A DNA stretch of 64,000 nt from an uncultured Acidobacteriota bacterium (GTDB lineage Bacteria > Acidobacteriota > UBA6911), in NCBI GenBank assembly GCA_963827655.1, contig CAWHCF010000022.1, positions 320,001-384,000 on the forward strand, in the 5' to 3' direction. Made by a program: the position numbers and the translations under genes. The notes under the pieces are model-generated. The model saw only the letters and a program-made list of their open reading frames with translations. It did no database searches and was not told the origin of the DNA. This document shows positions 51,664 to 60,023 of the stretch, in pieces. Position 1 is the stretch's first letter, and each line of letters starts with the position of its first letter.

Positions 51664-52089
51664 GTGCCGGATCTCTTGCTCCTGGATACGCACATCTGGA
51701 TCTGGTTGTTCGAAGGGGTGGAACGAGAAATCCCGCGTCGGATCAAGCAGACTCTGCGCAGCGCGAGCATGGAATCGGCCCTGGTGGTTTCGGCGATGTC
51801 AGTTTGGGAACTTGGCATGCTGGAAGTAAGGGGCCGCGTCAGGCTGTCAATGGATTGCCGCGTCTGGGTACAACGGGCGTTAGGAGCGCCGGGGTTGCGG
51901 TTCCAGGGCCTCACACCCGCAATTGCCATTGAAAGCACTCGACTCCCGGGAGTGGTCCATGGCGACCCGGTCGATCGGATTCTGATAGCGACCGCGCGGC
52001 TGATCGGCGCTGTACTGGTGACTCGGGATCATCGAATTCTGGACTACGCTGAAACAGGTCAGGTTCGCGCTCTCAGCGCCGCGCCTTGA
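51664..52089 (+). CDS. vapC: VapC PIN-domain toxin
   Basis: LLDTHIWIW, SVWE, HGDPVDR and LVTRD. Confidence 0.9.
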   Translation: MPDLLLLDTHIWIWLFEGVEREIPRRIKQTLRSASMESALVVSAMSVWELGMLEVRGRVRLSMDCRVWVQRALGAPGLRFQGLTPAIAIESTRLPGVVHGDPVDRILIATARLIGAVLVTRDHRILDYAETGQVRALSAAP

Positions 52090-52180
52090 GATCGATGATG
52101 CAGCGAACATGTCCCATGGTGCCGGGGCCGGGTCGAGCCGAGTCTTGAATCCATGAAGCCGCGTAAAGGATAATTCGAGT

Positions 52181-53197
52181 ATGCCCTTAATCGACCAATA
52201 CCATCGCCCGGTCAAGGATCTCCGCATATCCGTCACCGACCGGTGTAACTACCGCTGCGCGTACTGCATGCCTTTAGATGAGTACACCTGGATCGAGAAA
52301 GATGAGGTGCTCACGTTTGAAGAGATCACCCGGCTGGCAACCCTGTTCATCCAGATGGGAGTCGAAAAGATCCGACTGACCGGCGGCGAGCCGCTGGTCC
52401 GCCGCGATCTGGAGAAACTGATCGCGACGCTGTCACCTCTGTCCGGTCTGAAAGACTTGAGTCTTACGACCAACGGCTCGCTTCTGGCTGAAAAAGCGGC
52501 CGCGCTTCGCGCCGCAGGATTGCGCCGGATCAACGTCAGCCTGGACACACTCAATCCCGAAAGGTTCAGGCAGATCACCAAGCGCGGCGATCTGGAAAAG
52601 GTCCTGGCCGGCATCTTCGCGGCGCACGGCGCCGGGCTCAATCCGGTCAAAATCAACGCCGTGATTGTTCGCGGCCTGAACGACGATGAAATCGTCCCTC
52701 TGATTGAATTCTGCAGAACCAACGGGTTTTCGATGCGTTTCATCGAATACATGGACGTGGGCAATGCCAATTCCTGGAGCCTGGAGAAGACCGTTACCAA
52801 ACAGGAAATTCTTCAGACCATCAACCAGCACTTCCCGCTTCGAGAGGTCGGAAGAATGGATGGCCGCGCTCCAGCCATCGATTATCAATTCCTCGATGGA
52901 ACCGGCGACATCGGCATCATCGGCTCGGTCACCGAGCCGTTCTGCGCCACCTGTACTCGCGCGCGTCTCACCGCCGACGGCAAGCTCGTCACCTGTCTCT
53001 TCGCCCAGGAGGGACGTGACCTGAAATCACTCATGCGCCGCGGCGCCACCGATCAGGAGATCTGCCAGGTCATTCGCAGCACCTGGACCGTGCGGAAGGA
53101 TCGGTACTCGGACGAGAGGTGGGAGAGCCTTCGCTCGGGCGCGGGGTATCAACCAAAAGACCATCGTAAGATCGAGATGATCACGCTGGGAGGTTAG
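52181..53197 (+). CDS. moaA: GTP 3',8-cyclase (molybdenum cofactor biosynthesis radical SAM)
   Basis: LRISVTDRCNYRCAYC, CATCTR...C and C-terminal GG. Confidence 0.95.
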   Translation: MPLIDQYHRPVKDLRISVTDRCNYRCAYCMPLDEYTWIEKDEVLTFEEITRLATLFIQMGVEKIRLTGGEPLVRRDLEKLIATLSPLSGLKDLSLTTNGSLLAEKAAALRAAGLRRINVSLDTLNPERFRQITKRGDLEKVLAGIFAAHGAGLNPVKINAVIVRGLNDDEIVPLIEFCRTNGFSMRFIEYMDVGNANSWSLEKTVTKQEILQTINQHFPLREVGRMDGRAPAIDYQFLDGTGDIGIIGSVTEPFCATCTRARLTADGKLVTCLFAQEGRDLKSLMRRGATDQEICQVIRSTWTVRKDRYSDERWESLRSGAGYQPKDHRKIEMITLGG

Positions 53198-53205
53198 TCT
53201 CGCTC

Positions 53206-53263
53206 TCAGGATTTAGGATTCATGATTCGGCACGACGTCTCGATCCTGAATCCTAGATCCTGA
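53206..53263. repeat. Heptamer (CAGGATT / AATCCTG) inverted arms
   Basis: TCAGGATTTAGGATTCATGATT ... GATCCTGAATCCTAGATCCTGA; same family as 32612. Confidence 0.8.
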
Positions 53264-53463
53264 AGAAACGCTTGCCTTCCCGGAAGTACTGAGTATGATT
53301 GACCGCGCTTTATCTGCCGAAGAATAAGTTGCCCTCCCCCGAAGTCCCGGAGCGCCCCTGAGGGTGGTCGCCCGCGGACGCAGCCCAAATTCCGAATTCG
53401 GTTTCCGGGTCCATCAGTAAGAACGTTACCGACACCAGCAGCGAACCCGAAAGGACGGTTCCG

Positions 53464-53781
53464 ATGAACATCATCGGCGTCAGGAAGTACGAAGCGGATC
53501 CCCGCGAGCAAATCACCTTCAGCTTCCGGCGCAGTCGCCCCAACCTTCCGGTCTCTCTATCGGTCGACGGCGGGGAGTTCCTCCCGATGGTCAACGAATT
53601 CGCCCTTCAAGTGCCGGCCGACAAAGGGACTCAGCGCAGGGTGGTGATCATGATCGTGGGCGAAGACAACGACCTCTGCAACCTGACCATCAGCGGCGAG
53701 AACGGGCCGCCGGATCAGGATGCGCTGGTTGTCATGAATACCCCGGTTTGCTCCGCCCGCTACCGGTTCACGGTCCTCTAG
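53464..53781 (+). CDS. Hypothetical beta-rich protein
   Basis: ATG with AAAGGA RBS; tightly linked to the next gene. Confidence 0.55.
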   Translation: MNIIGVRKYEADPREQITFSFRRSRPNLPVSLSVDGGEFLPMVNEFALQVPADKGTQRRVVIMIVGEDNDLCNLTISGENGPPDQDALVVMNTPVCSARYRFTVL

Positions 53782-53803
53782 CAAGCGTACCCCAGACAAG
53801 GAG

Positions 53804-55431
53804 ATGAGGTTAATGGGCCACATTAAAAGGATGATCGCTGCCCTGATGTGGTTTGCCGCCGGCGGTGCTACGCTGCACGGTCAATCAGTCGGCGAGGCAC
53901 AGGACCGTGTAGTGGGACGGCTGGAGGCCATCATCCGCGCGAAGGCTCAGAATCCAGCCTTGCTGAAGGATGTGTATTCAAAAACCCTCGACATCAGCGG
54001 CGACTTGCCTTCGACGATGGCCATGTGGCTATTCCTCGAGCAGCACCAGGACGCGATTGAAGCCAGCAACCCCCTGCTGCTGGCGCTGCAGCAAGAGCGC
54101 ATCGATCAGCAGGTCGGGAGCGGCTCCACCAACAATGGCACCACGTCACTCGCGGTTAAGGGCGGCGCCCCTGCAGTGCTCGGTCTCGCTTTCGAAAGGG
54201 GAGGGATCGCGCGCGAGTTTGATGGAAGCACGGCGACGTTTCGGGGAAATCCCCACGGCCTCATTCAGGCGATTGGCGGCAACGACATGGCCGAGATACA
54301 CCGGGACCTCTCGGACAACCCCACATTGACAGCCGTGGACAAGTTCTCTTTCGGTGTTTCCTTCGACACCAGCGACGAAGACGACCCGGATATGCCCGCT
54401 GCCGACCCGAACCGGTTGTCCTCCTACTCCTTCCGCTACGAGGTCATCAACCGACGCAATCCGCGCGACCGTCGCTACGACAAGGCGTGGTTGAACCTCG
54501 TCGTCGACAGCGCGCAACAGCTGGTAAGCCGGGAAGAGGAGCTGCGTACCCTGATCGAAGAGCTGACGGAGCCGGGCCGCGACGAGGCCGGGAATCCGAT
54601 CATCCCGTGGCCGGAGTTGAAGGCCTGGCTGGACAACCTGGGCACGCTAATGGAGAGTTACGACGACCGGGGCGTCTCCGATTCTGTGCTCGAGAGCTTT
54701 CACAAGGAAATGCTTTCCGAGCTGCAGAAGCTCAGTGCCCTGGCCGGCCCGGGCGGTCCGGGCACCAGGATCGGGGCGGCTAAAAAGAAGGACTTCGACA
54801 GCACGGTTGCAGAGATGGTCGCGGCCTTGAATAAAGTGATCATCGATCGCGACAGCGTCCGCGCGCTGGCGCGCCGCGGGCCGCTGGTTACGCTCGAGTT
54901 CAGCAACTCGCGCGATCCGCAACTGCCCGACCTGTACAACTTTCTCCTGATCGCCGAATCGAATATAGGGACGCGCGCGGACCTCATTGCCAATGCGGCC
55001 TTCAGTCTTTTCCGCACAGACCCGAGGCTACCTGCAAGCTCGAGCCGCTGGCGCGACGTCCACGTTGCGGGCCAACTGGACGTCGCCCTGGCGGATGTTC
55101 AGAGGATCGGCAACTTCATCCTTAGTCTTGCCGGGCGCTGGGAGTATATTCCCGAAGACACCTATACGCCGGGCAGCCTTGACCTGCTTGCGCGCGACAG
55201 CATCCTTGCCTCCTCGGACCGCCGGTGACCGATTCGATGGGCCTGCTGGTCACGCCCAAAGGCAACGTCGGCATTTTCCAAGCGAAGCTGACCATTTCGA
55301 TTAAAAATTTCGGCATGCAGATTCCAATCTCCTTCAGCGTCTCCAACCGTACCGAGCTGATCAAAGAGAAGGATGTGCAGGCGCACTTCGGCATCACGTT
55401 CAATCTGGATACGTTCTTGTCTAAACCGTGA
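53804..55431 (+). CDS. Hypothetical exported/outer-membrane protein; probable frameshift near 55220
   Basis: Signal peptide; amphipathic beta-strands at the C-terminus continue in ORF 55225-55431. Confidence 0.6.
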
Positions 55432-55518
55432 ACCGATGGCTACGCCGGCTCTGTCCGATCGAATGATGTTCGTCAGGGGAACTCGTCATGTCTTCGCGAT
55501 CGGCCGTTAGCGGTTGCA

Positions 55519-55547
55519 TAACCACAAAGACACCAAGACGCAAAGAA
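55519..55547 (+). repeat. 9-bp-period repeat arm
   Basis: TAACCACAAAGACACCAAGACGCAAAGAA; opposite arm at 56906-56930. Confidence 0.75.
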
Positions 55548-55554
55548 CACCAGG

Positions 55555-56109
55555 CTAGTTGTGACAAAGCTTGCAGGCTTTCTCCCGGGGAAACATCAGA
55601 TGAAACTTCTCGGTCGAACCGTGAGCGTTATGACACTGGCCGCAAACCTCGAGGACTTCGGGCGTGTGAGAATGCGTCTTGGCGAACGCGGCTTCTTTAT
55701 GACAATCGAAACAACCGCCTTTGAAGGTAAACCGGCCCCGCCGGCTCATGGCGTGACATTGCGTGCATTCGACCTGAACGGGCGGGTGTAACTGGAACGG
55801 CTTGAAGTCCGCCGGGGGATTGGGTCCCGCGAAGAAGCGGATCTGCTGGCGGCCTCCCTCCCAGCTCAGTGCCAGGGTATGAACCCCTGGTGAAAGATTG
55901 ACCTTTGTCTGCAAGACGCCGGGGGCCGACTCTTCGGCCGCGAGCGGCTTCCCGTCGATTTCGAGCTTGCCCGCCGGAGCCGTGGCTATGATACTCGTTT
56001 CTCCCGAAGGGAGCGCGGCCCCATCGGTCGGTCGCAGAATTCGTCCTTCAGTTTGAGCATGCGCCGCTGCGAGGCACAGCAGCACCGTGAACCAGATACG
56101 CTTCGTCAT
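55555..56109 (-). CDS. Tetraheme c-type cytochrome with N-terminal Ig-like segment
   Basis: Signal peptide; CTQCH, CFDCH, CGQCH and CKLCH. Confidence 0.85.
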   Translation of the reverse strand: MTKRIWFTVLLCLAAAHAQTEGRILRPTDGAALPSGETSIIATAPAGKLEIDGKPLAAEESAPGVLQTKVNLSPGVHTLALSWEGGRQQIRFFAGPNPPADFKPFQLHPPVQVECTQCHAMSRRGRFTFKGGCFDCHKEAAFAKTHSHTPEVLEVCGQCHNAHGSTEKFHLMFPREKACKLCHN

Positions 56110-56873
56110 AGATGGATGCGGCAGACGTAGCCTGCGAACTTGCTGTCGTTACTCTTGCCGGACGGCGCAATGCCAGCGTCGCAGTAGTAAATGCTTCCGC
56201 GCTCCCAGGTCAAGCCGTGCGGGTCCGGGTCTTCTTTGCTGAGCTGCACGGCCTCCAGAATACGGCCATCTTTGGGATCGAGCCTGTGGATCACCAGGTC
56301 GTTCGAGAACAGGCACCAGATTGATTTGCCATCCCACCCCAGGCCGTGAGCGCGGGTCAGCGTAACCGGAATGCTGTGGAGTTCCTTGAAGTTCACATCA
56401 ACCTGGATCAGTTTCTGAAGCTTGAGCGCCGTTATCCACAGCGAGTTCGCTACCCAGATCAGACCGTGAACACCGCCCCCTCCGGGGATCGGATAACGCG
56501 CAACGGTCTTGCCGCTTGTGGCGTCGATCTTGACGACCTCGCCGCTGGTAGCGTCGCGCGGACGAGCCGGCCGGTTACGGGCCGGACCGTTGGCCGCCAT
56601 CCACAGGAATCCGCCGCCATAAGCGATGCCGCTGGTGTTGGACGATTCGGTCTCGACCTTGCGCAACACTTTCCCCGTCTTCCAGTCGAGCAGGTACGCG
56701 ACGTCGCTGACCTGTTCGGCAACCCAGAGTCCCTCCTCGGTTGATTCGAGACCATTTGGATTCCCATCGGGCGATTTGAACAAAGGTTCGATTTTGCCCT
56801 TGCGCACGGGGTGGTTGGTTCCGGCAAAGGCGCTCGCCGTAAATCCCAGCAGTAGTTCTCTTCGAGTAAGCAT
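56106..56873 (-). CDS. Tat-exported beta-propeller protein (YncE/glutamine cyclotransferase-like)
   Basis: MLTRRELL; repeated GL.W.G..LW blades; ATGA overlap with the cytochrome gene. Confidence 0.7.
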   Translation of the reverse strand: MLTRRELLLGFTASAFAGTNHPVRKGKIEPLFKSPDGNPNGLESTEEGLWVAEQVSDVAYLLDWKTGKVLRKVETESSNTSGIAYGGGFLWMAANGPARNRPARPRDATSGEVVKIDATSGKTVARYPIPGGGGVHGLIWVANSLWITALKLQKLIQVDVNFKELHSIPVTLTRAHGLGWDGKSIWCLFSNDLVIHRLDPKDGRILEAVQLSKEDPDPHGLTWERGSIYYCDAGIAPSGKSNDSKFAGYVCRIHL

Positions 56874-56905
56874 TACAGCCCCCTTCGGCAAAGATTTTGG
56901 TGTTT

Positions 56906-56930
56906 CTTCGTGTCTTTGTTCCTTGGTGGT
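56906..56930 (-). repeat. 9-bp-period repeat arm
   Basis: CTTCGTGTCTTTGTTCCTTGGTGGT. Confidence 0.75.
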
Positions 56931-56941
56931 ATTGTTTTCGC

Positions 56942-58221
56942 CTATTTTCGAATCCTCACCAGGCTGCGGTTGATGTCGGAGATCCTGGCGACACCGGCCA
57001 GTCCCATGTCGAGGGCAAGTTCGGTCCGGAGCAGTTCCAATACCCGGGACACTCCACGCTGTCCGAATGACGCAAGTCCCCAGAGGTAAGGCCGGCCGAT
57101 CCCGACCGCCGTCGCCCCCAGCGCGAGCGCTTTCAGGATATCGGTGCCGCGCCGAAACCCGCCGTCGATCAGCAGCGGCATTTTCCCGCCCGCAGCCTCG
57201 ACGCACTCCGGTAGAGCTTCAATCGTAGCCCCGACATGGTCGAGCTGTCGAGCGCCATGGTTCGAAACCACGGCCGCCGAGACACCGGTCTTCACGCATT
57301 TCTCGGTGTCTTCCGCGGTGAGAATTCCTTTGATGATGATGGGCAACTTCGTCACGTCCCGAAGTTGCTGGATGGCTTCCCAGGTCGGGGTCGGAAAAGG
57401 ACGCGACGGGTACTCGCCGGCCTGCCATGGCCTGTCGGTCGGCTTGAAGATCAAGTTGCCTTGAGCGTCGCGAGGAACGCCCTCCATCTCGCACCAAACG
57501 CGAATAAACCGGTTCCGCATGCTGCGCTCCCGGTGCGACACGTGCATGTTGTCGACCGTGAAGCAGATCCCCCCGCAGCCCATGTCTTCCAGCTTTTCCA
57601 CGAAATCGACCATCATGCTCTTGGTGCGCAGTTGCCCGCCGAGGGTATACTGCCACCAGGTCTTCGGACCCTTGCCCGAGGCGAGAAACTTGTCGATGCC
57701 GCCGTTCGTCACCATGACCGCATTCGACGCCGCCGCCGCCGCCGCCGTTTCCTGCTCGCCGTTGCGGAAGAAACAGTTCTTACCCCCCGCGGGACAAATG
57801 AATATCGGATACTCCAGCTTGTTGCCCAGCAACGTGGTCGACAGATCGATCTTGTGCACATCGGTCAGGAACCGGGGTCTCAGGATGATGCGATTGAAAG
57901 CTTCACGATTGTCTCGCAACGAGACCTCGTCCTCGGCTCCCTCGGACATGTAATCCCATGCGACCTTGTCGACCTTGGCCTGCGCCAGCTTTTCAAAATC
58001 AAAGACATTGATGGGGTGGAGCAGTGGATCCTCGGTCTTGATCAGATCCTGCCCCATGAGTAACGGGGACGCCAACGCGAACTGCGCCAGCTTGAGCAGT
58101 GCCTGGCGCCGACTGACGATTGACGATTGACGATTTACGATTGACGATTGATTCGATTTACGATTGACGATTGACGATTGACGATTGAACGGCTCTGGTA
58201 ATGCCGGATGTCGATTGACAT
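56942..58221 (-). CDS. FMN-dependent alpha-hydroxy-acid oxidase/dehydrogenase with Tat-like leader; 5' end interrupted by heptamer array
   Basis: IIKGI, SNHGARQLD and DGGFRRGTD; SRRQALL in frame upstream of 58075; candidate ATG 58221 is out of frame. Confidence 0.8.
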
Positions 58222-58364
58222 CGGCGAACTCACTCTCAGCTCAATTCAAGAATGACAGGTATTCGATCAACTCCGTCACAACGTTGGTTTCACAAAACTC
58301 AAGCGCTCTGCATCTACCGCTTATCGCTTTTCAATCGTAAATCGTCAATCGTAAATCGTAAATC
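58113..58364. repeat. Heptamer (TTGACGA) array 58113-58189 and inverted arm 58331-58364
   Basis: About ten units on the left; the right arm encodes the last residues and stop of the sulfatase (KIYDLRLTIYD*). Confidence 0.92.
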
Positions 58365-59758
58365 TTGGGATCCTCGACTTCCTTCATCCAACGGGCCATC
58401 TCCTTGCGGAGACGGCCCAGATTCTCAGCATGCTTCGAGTCCATCGAGAGATCATGCATCTCCCAGGGGTCGCCTGCGAGATCGAAGAATTGCGTTTTAC
58501 GCGTTCCTTTGCCGTCGGCCCCGACGAAGTACTCAATCAGCTTGTATCGCTCGTCGCGGACTGCTCGCTGTATGTTCCTGTAGGCAAAAAACAGCGTCTT
58601 TCGCAGCGTTGCTTGTTGACTCGTAATCACCGGGACGAGACTTCGCCCCTCGACGGTTTCCGGTACCGGGATGCCCGAAACTTCGCACAGTGTCGGGAAA
58701 ATATCGAACAGGTAAACGAATGCATCGATGCGCTTGCCCTTGGGAATATCCGGCCCTGCGATGATGAGAGGAACATGCACGCTGTGTTCATACACATTCT
58801 GCTTCCCCATGAGGCCATGCCGCCCCACCGCCAGGCCATTGTCGGCGGCAAAGACGATCACGGTATTTCCGGCCTGTCCGCTTTCCTCGAGCGCCGCGAG
58901 CACCCGGCCAATCTGCGCGTCGAGATGTGTGATCATGGCATAGTAGTCCGCAATGTGCTTTCGTATTACTTCAGGCGTCCGCGGACGGGGCGCCAGTTGC
59001 TCGTCGCGAACATTCATTTCCCCGTTGTCAAAGGAATGCTCGGCCATGAAATTCTTCGGCAGGACAATCTTTTCGTCCTGGTACAAGTCTCGGAACTGCT
59101 TGGGCGCCATCCTCGGGTCGTGAGGAGCCGTATAGGGCAAGTATATGAAAAAGGGTTCCTGGCCTTTATGTTGCCGCAGAAACTGGATAGCCGCATCACT
59201 GAAAAGCTCGCTCGAAAAATTCCCGGCGAAGTGCTGCTTCTCTTTCGGGTACTTGCCCGACGGATCGAAATCGTTCACCGGCACTTTCAGATGGTCGCTC
59301 ATTCCTCCGAAAAAAACGTTGCTGCCCGCAGTGAACCCCCGCGAGTAGACTTCCGGAGGGTTATGCCACTTCCCGGTCCCGAAAGTCGCGTACCCGGATT
59401 GGCGCATGATTTCAGGCAGCGTCGTGCCTTTGACAAAAGGCTGCGCGTGAAACAGCGTCCGGCCGGTCAGTAACATAGCCCGGCTCGGAACGCACACGGC
59501 GGCATTATCTCCGCCCATGATATAAGCGCGCGTGAAGGTAGTGCCTGTGGAAACCAGCTTATCCAAATGCGGTGTGAGAATTTCCTTGTTACCCAGGGCT
59601 CGGATGGTATCGAAGCGCTGGTCGTCGGCCAGAAGGAACAGTATGTTGGGACGATTCCGCTGGGCGGCCTTCGCGCTTGTGGAAACTGCGAACGCGAGCT
59701 GGAGACCAAAGACAGCGGCGATGAATCTCCATGTTCCCGACGTCATGTAGCGACTCAT
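58331..59758 (-). CDS. Cys-type sulfatase (choline-sulfatase-like)
   Basis: RPNILFLLADD, CVPSR, GKWH, PHDP and ADNG. Confidence 0.9.
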   Translation of the reverse strand: MSRYMTSGTWRFIAAVFGLQLAFAVSTSAKAAQRNRPNILFLLADDQRFDTIRALGNKEILTPHLDKLVSTGTTFTRAYIMGGDNAAVCVPSRAMLLTGRTLFHAQPFVKGTTLPEIMRQSGYATFGTGKWHNPPEVYSRGFTAGSNVFFGGMSDHLKVPVNDFDPSGKYPKEKQHFAGNFSSELFSDAAIQFLRQHKGQEPFFIYLPYTAPHDPRMAPKQFRDLYQDEKIVLPKNFMAEHSFDNGEMNVRDEQLAPRPRTPEVIRKHIADYYAMITHLDAQIGRVLAALEESGQAGNTVIVFAADNGLAVGRHGLMGKQNVYEHSVHVPLIIAGPDIPKGKRIDAFVYLFDIFPTLCEVSGIPVPETVEGRSLVPVITSQQATLRKTLFFAYRNIQRAVRDERYKLIEYFVGADGKGTRKTQFFDLAGDPWEMHDLSMDSKHAENLGRLRKEMARWMKEVEDPKIYDLRLTIYD

Positions 59759-59828
59759 CTCATAGCCGGGCCGGGCCCTTGGTTTCGAGTCTCGTTGAAT
59801 GCCTGGCCGTCATTATAAACTTCTCACT

Positions 59829-60023
59829 TCGATTGTCGATTGACGATTGACGATTGACGATTACCGCTTGGCGGTTAACCGTGGGACAATGCCGTCCAAT
59901 CGTCAATCAAAAGCCAGCCTCGAGGTACTCCGAACGTGGTCCTGTTCCATTCGACGATCATCGCATGGCGAGGACCTGAACAATGCCGTTCAATCGTCAA
60001 TCGTAAATCGTCAATCGTCAATC
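59829..60023. repeat. Heptamer (TTGACGA) element with one left and two right arms
   Basis: Left arm 59829-59862; right arms 59897-59908 and 59991-60023 (the latter includes the arylsulfatase stop). Confidence 0.9.

Noticed and set aside
53330-53440. Possible c-di-GMP-I riboswitch (GGACGCA...GTTACCGA)
   Set aside because: Lacks the GCAAA/GNRA P2 hallmarks; needs an Rfam scan
58113-58189. Heptamer arrays as CRISPR
   Set aside because: No 23-47-bp repeats separated by unique spacers and no cas genes
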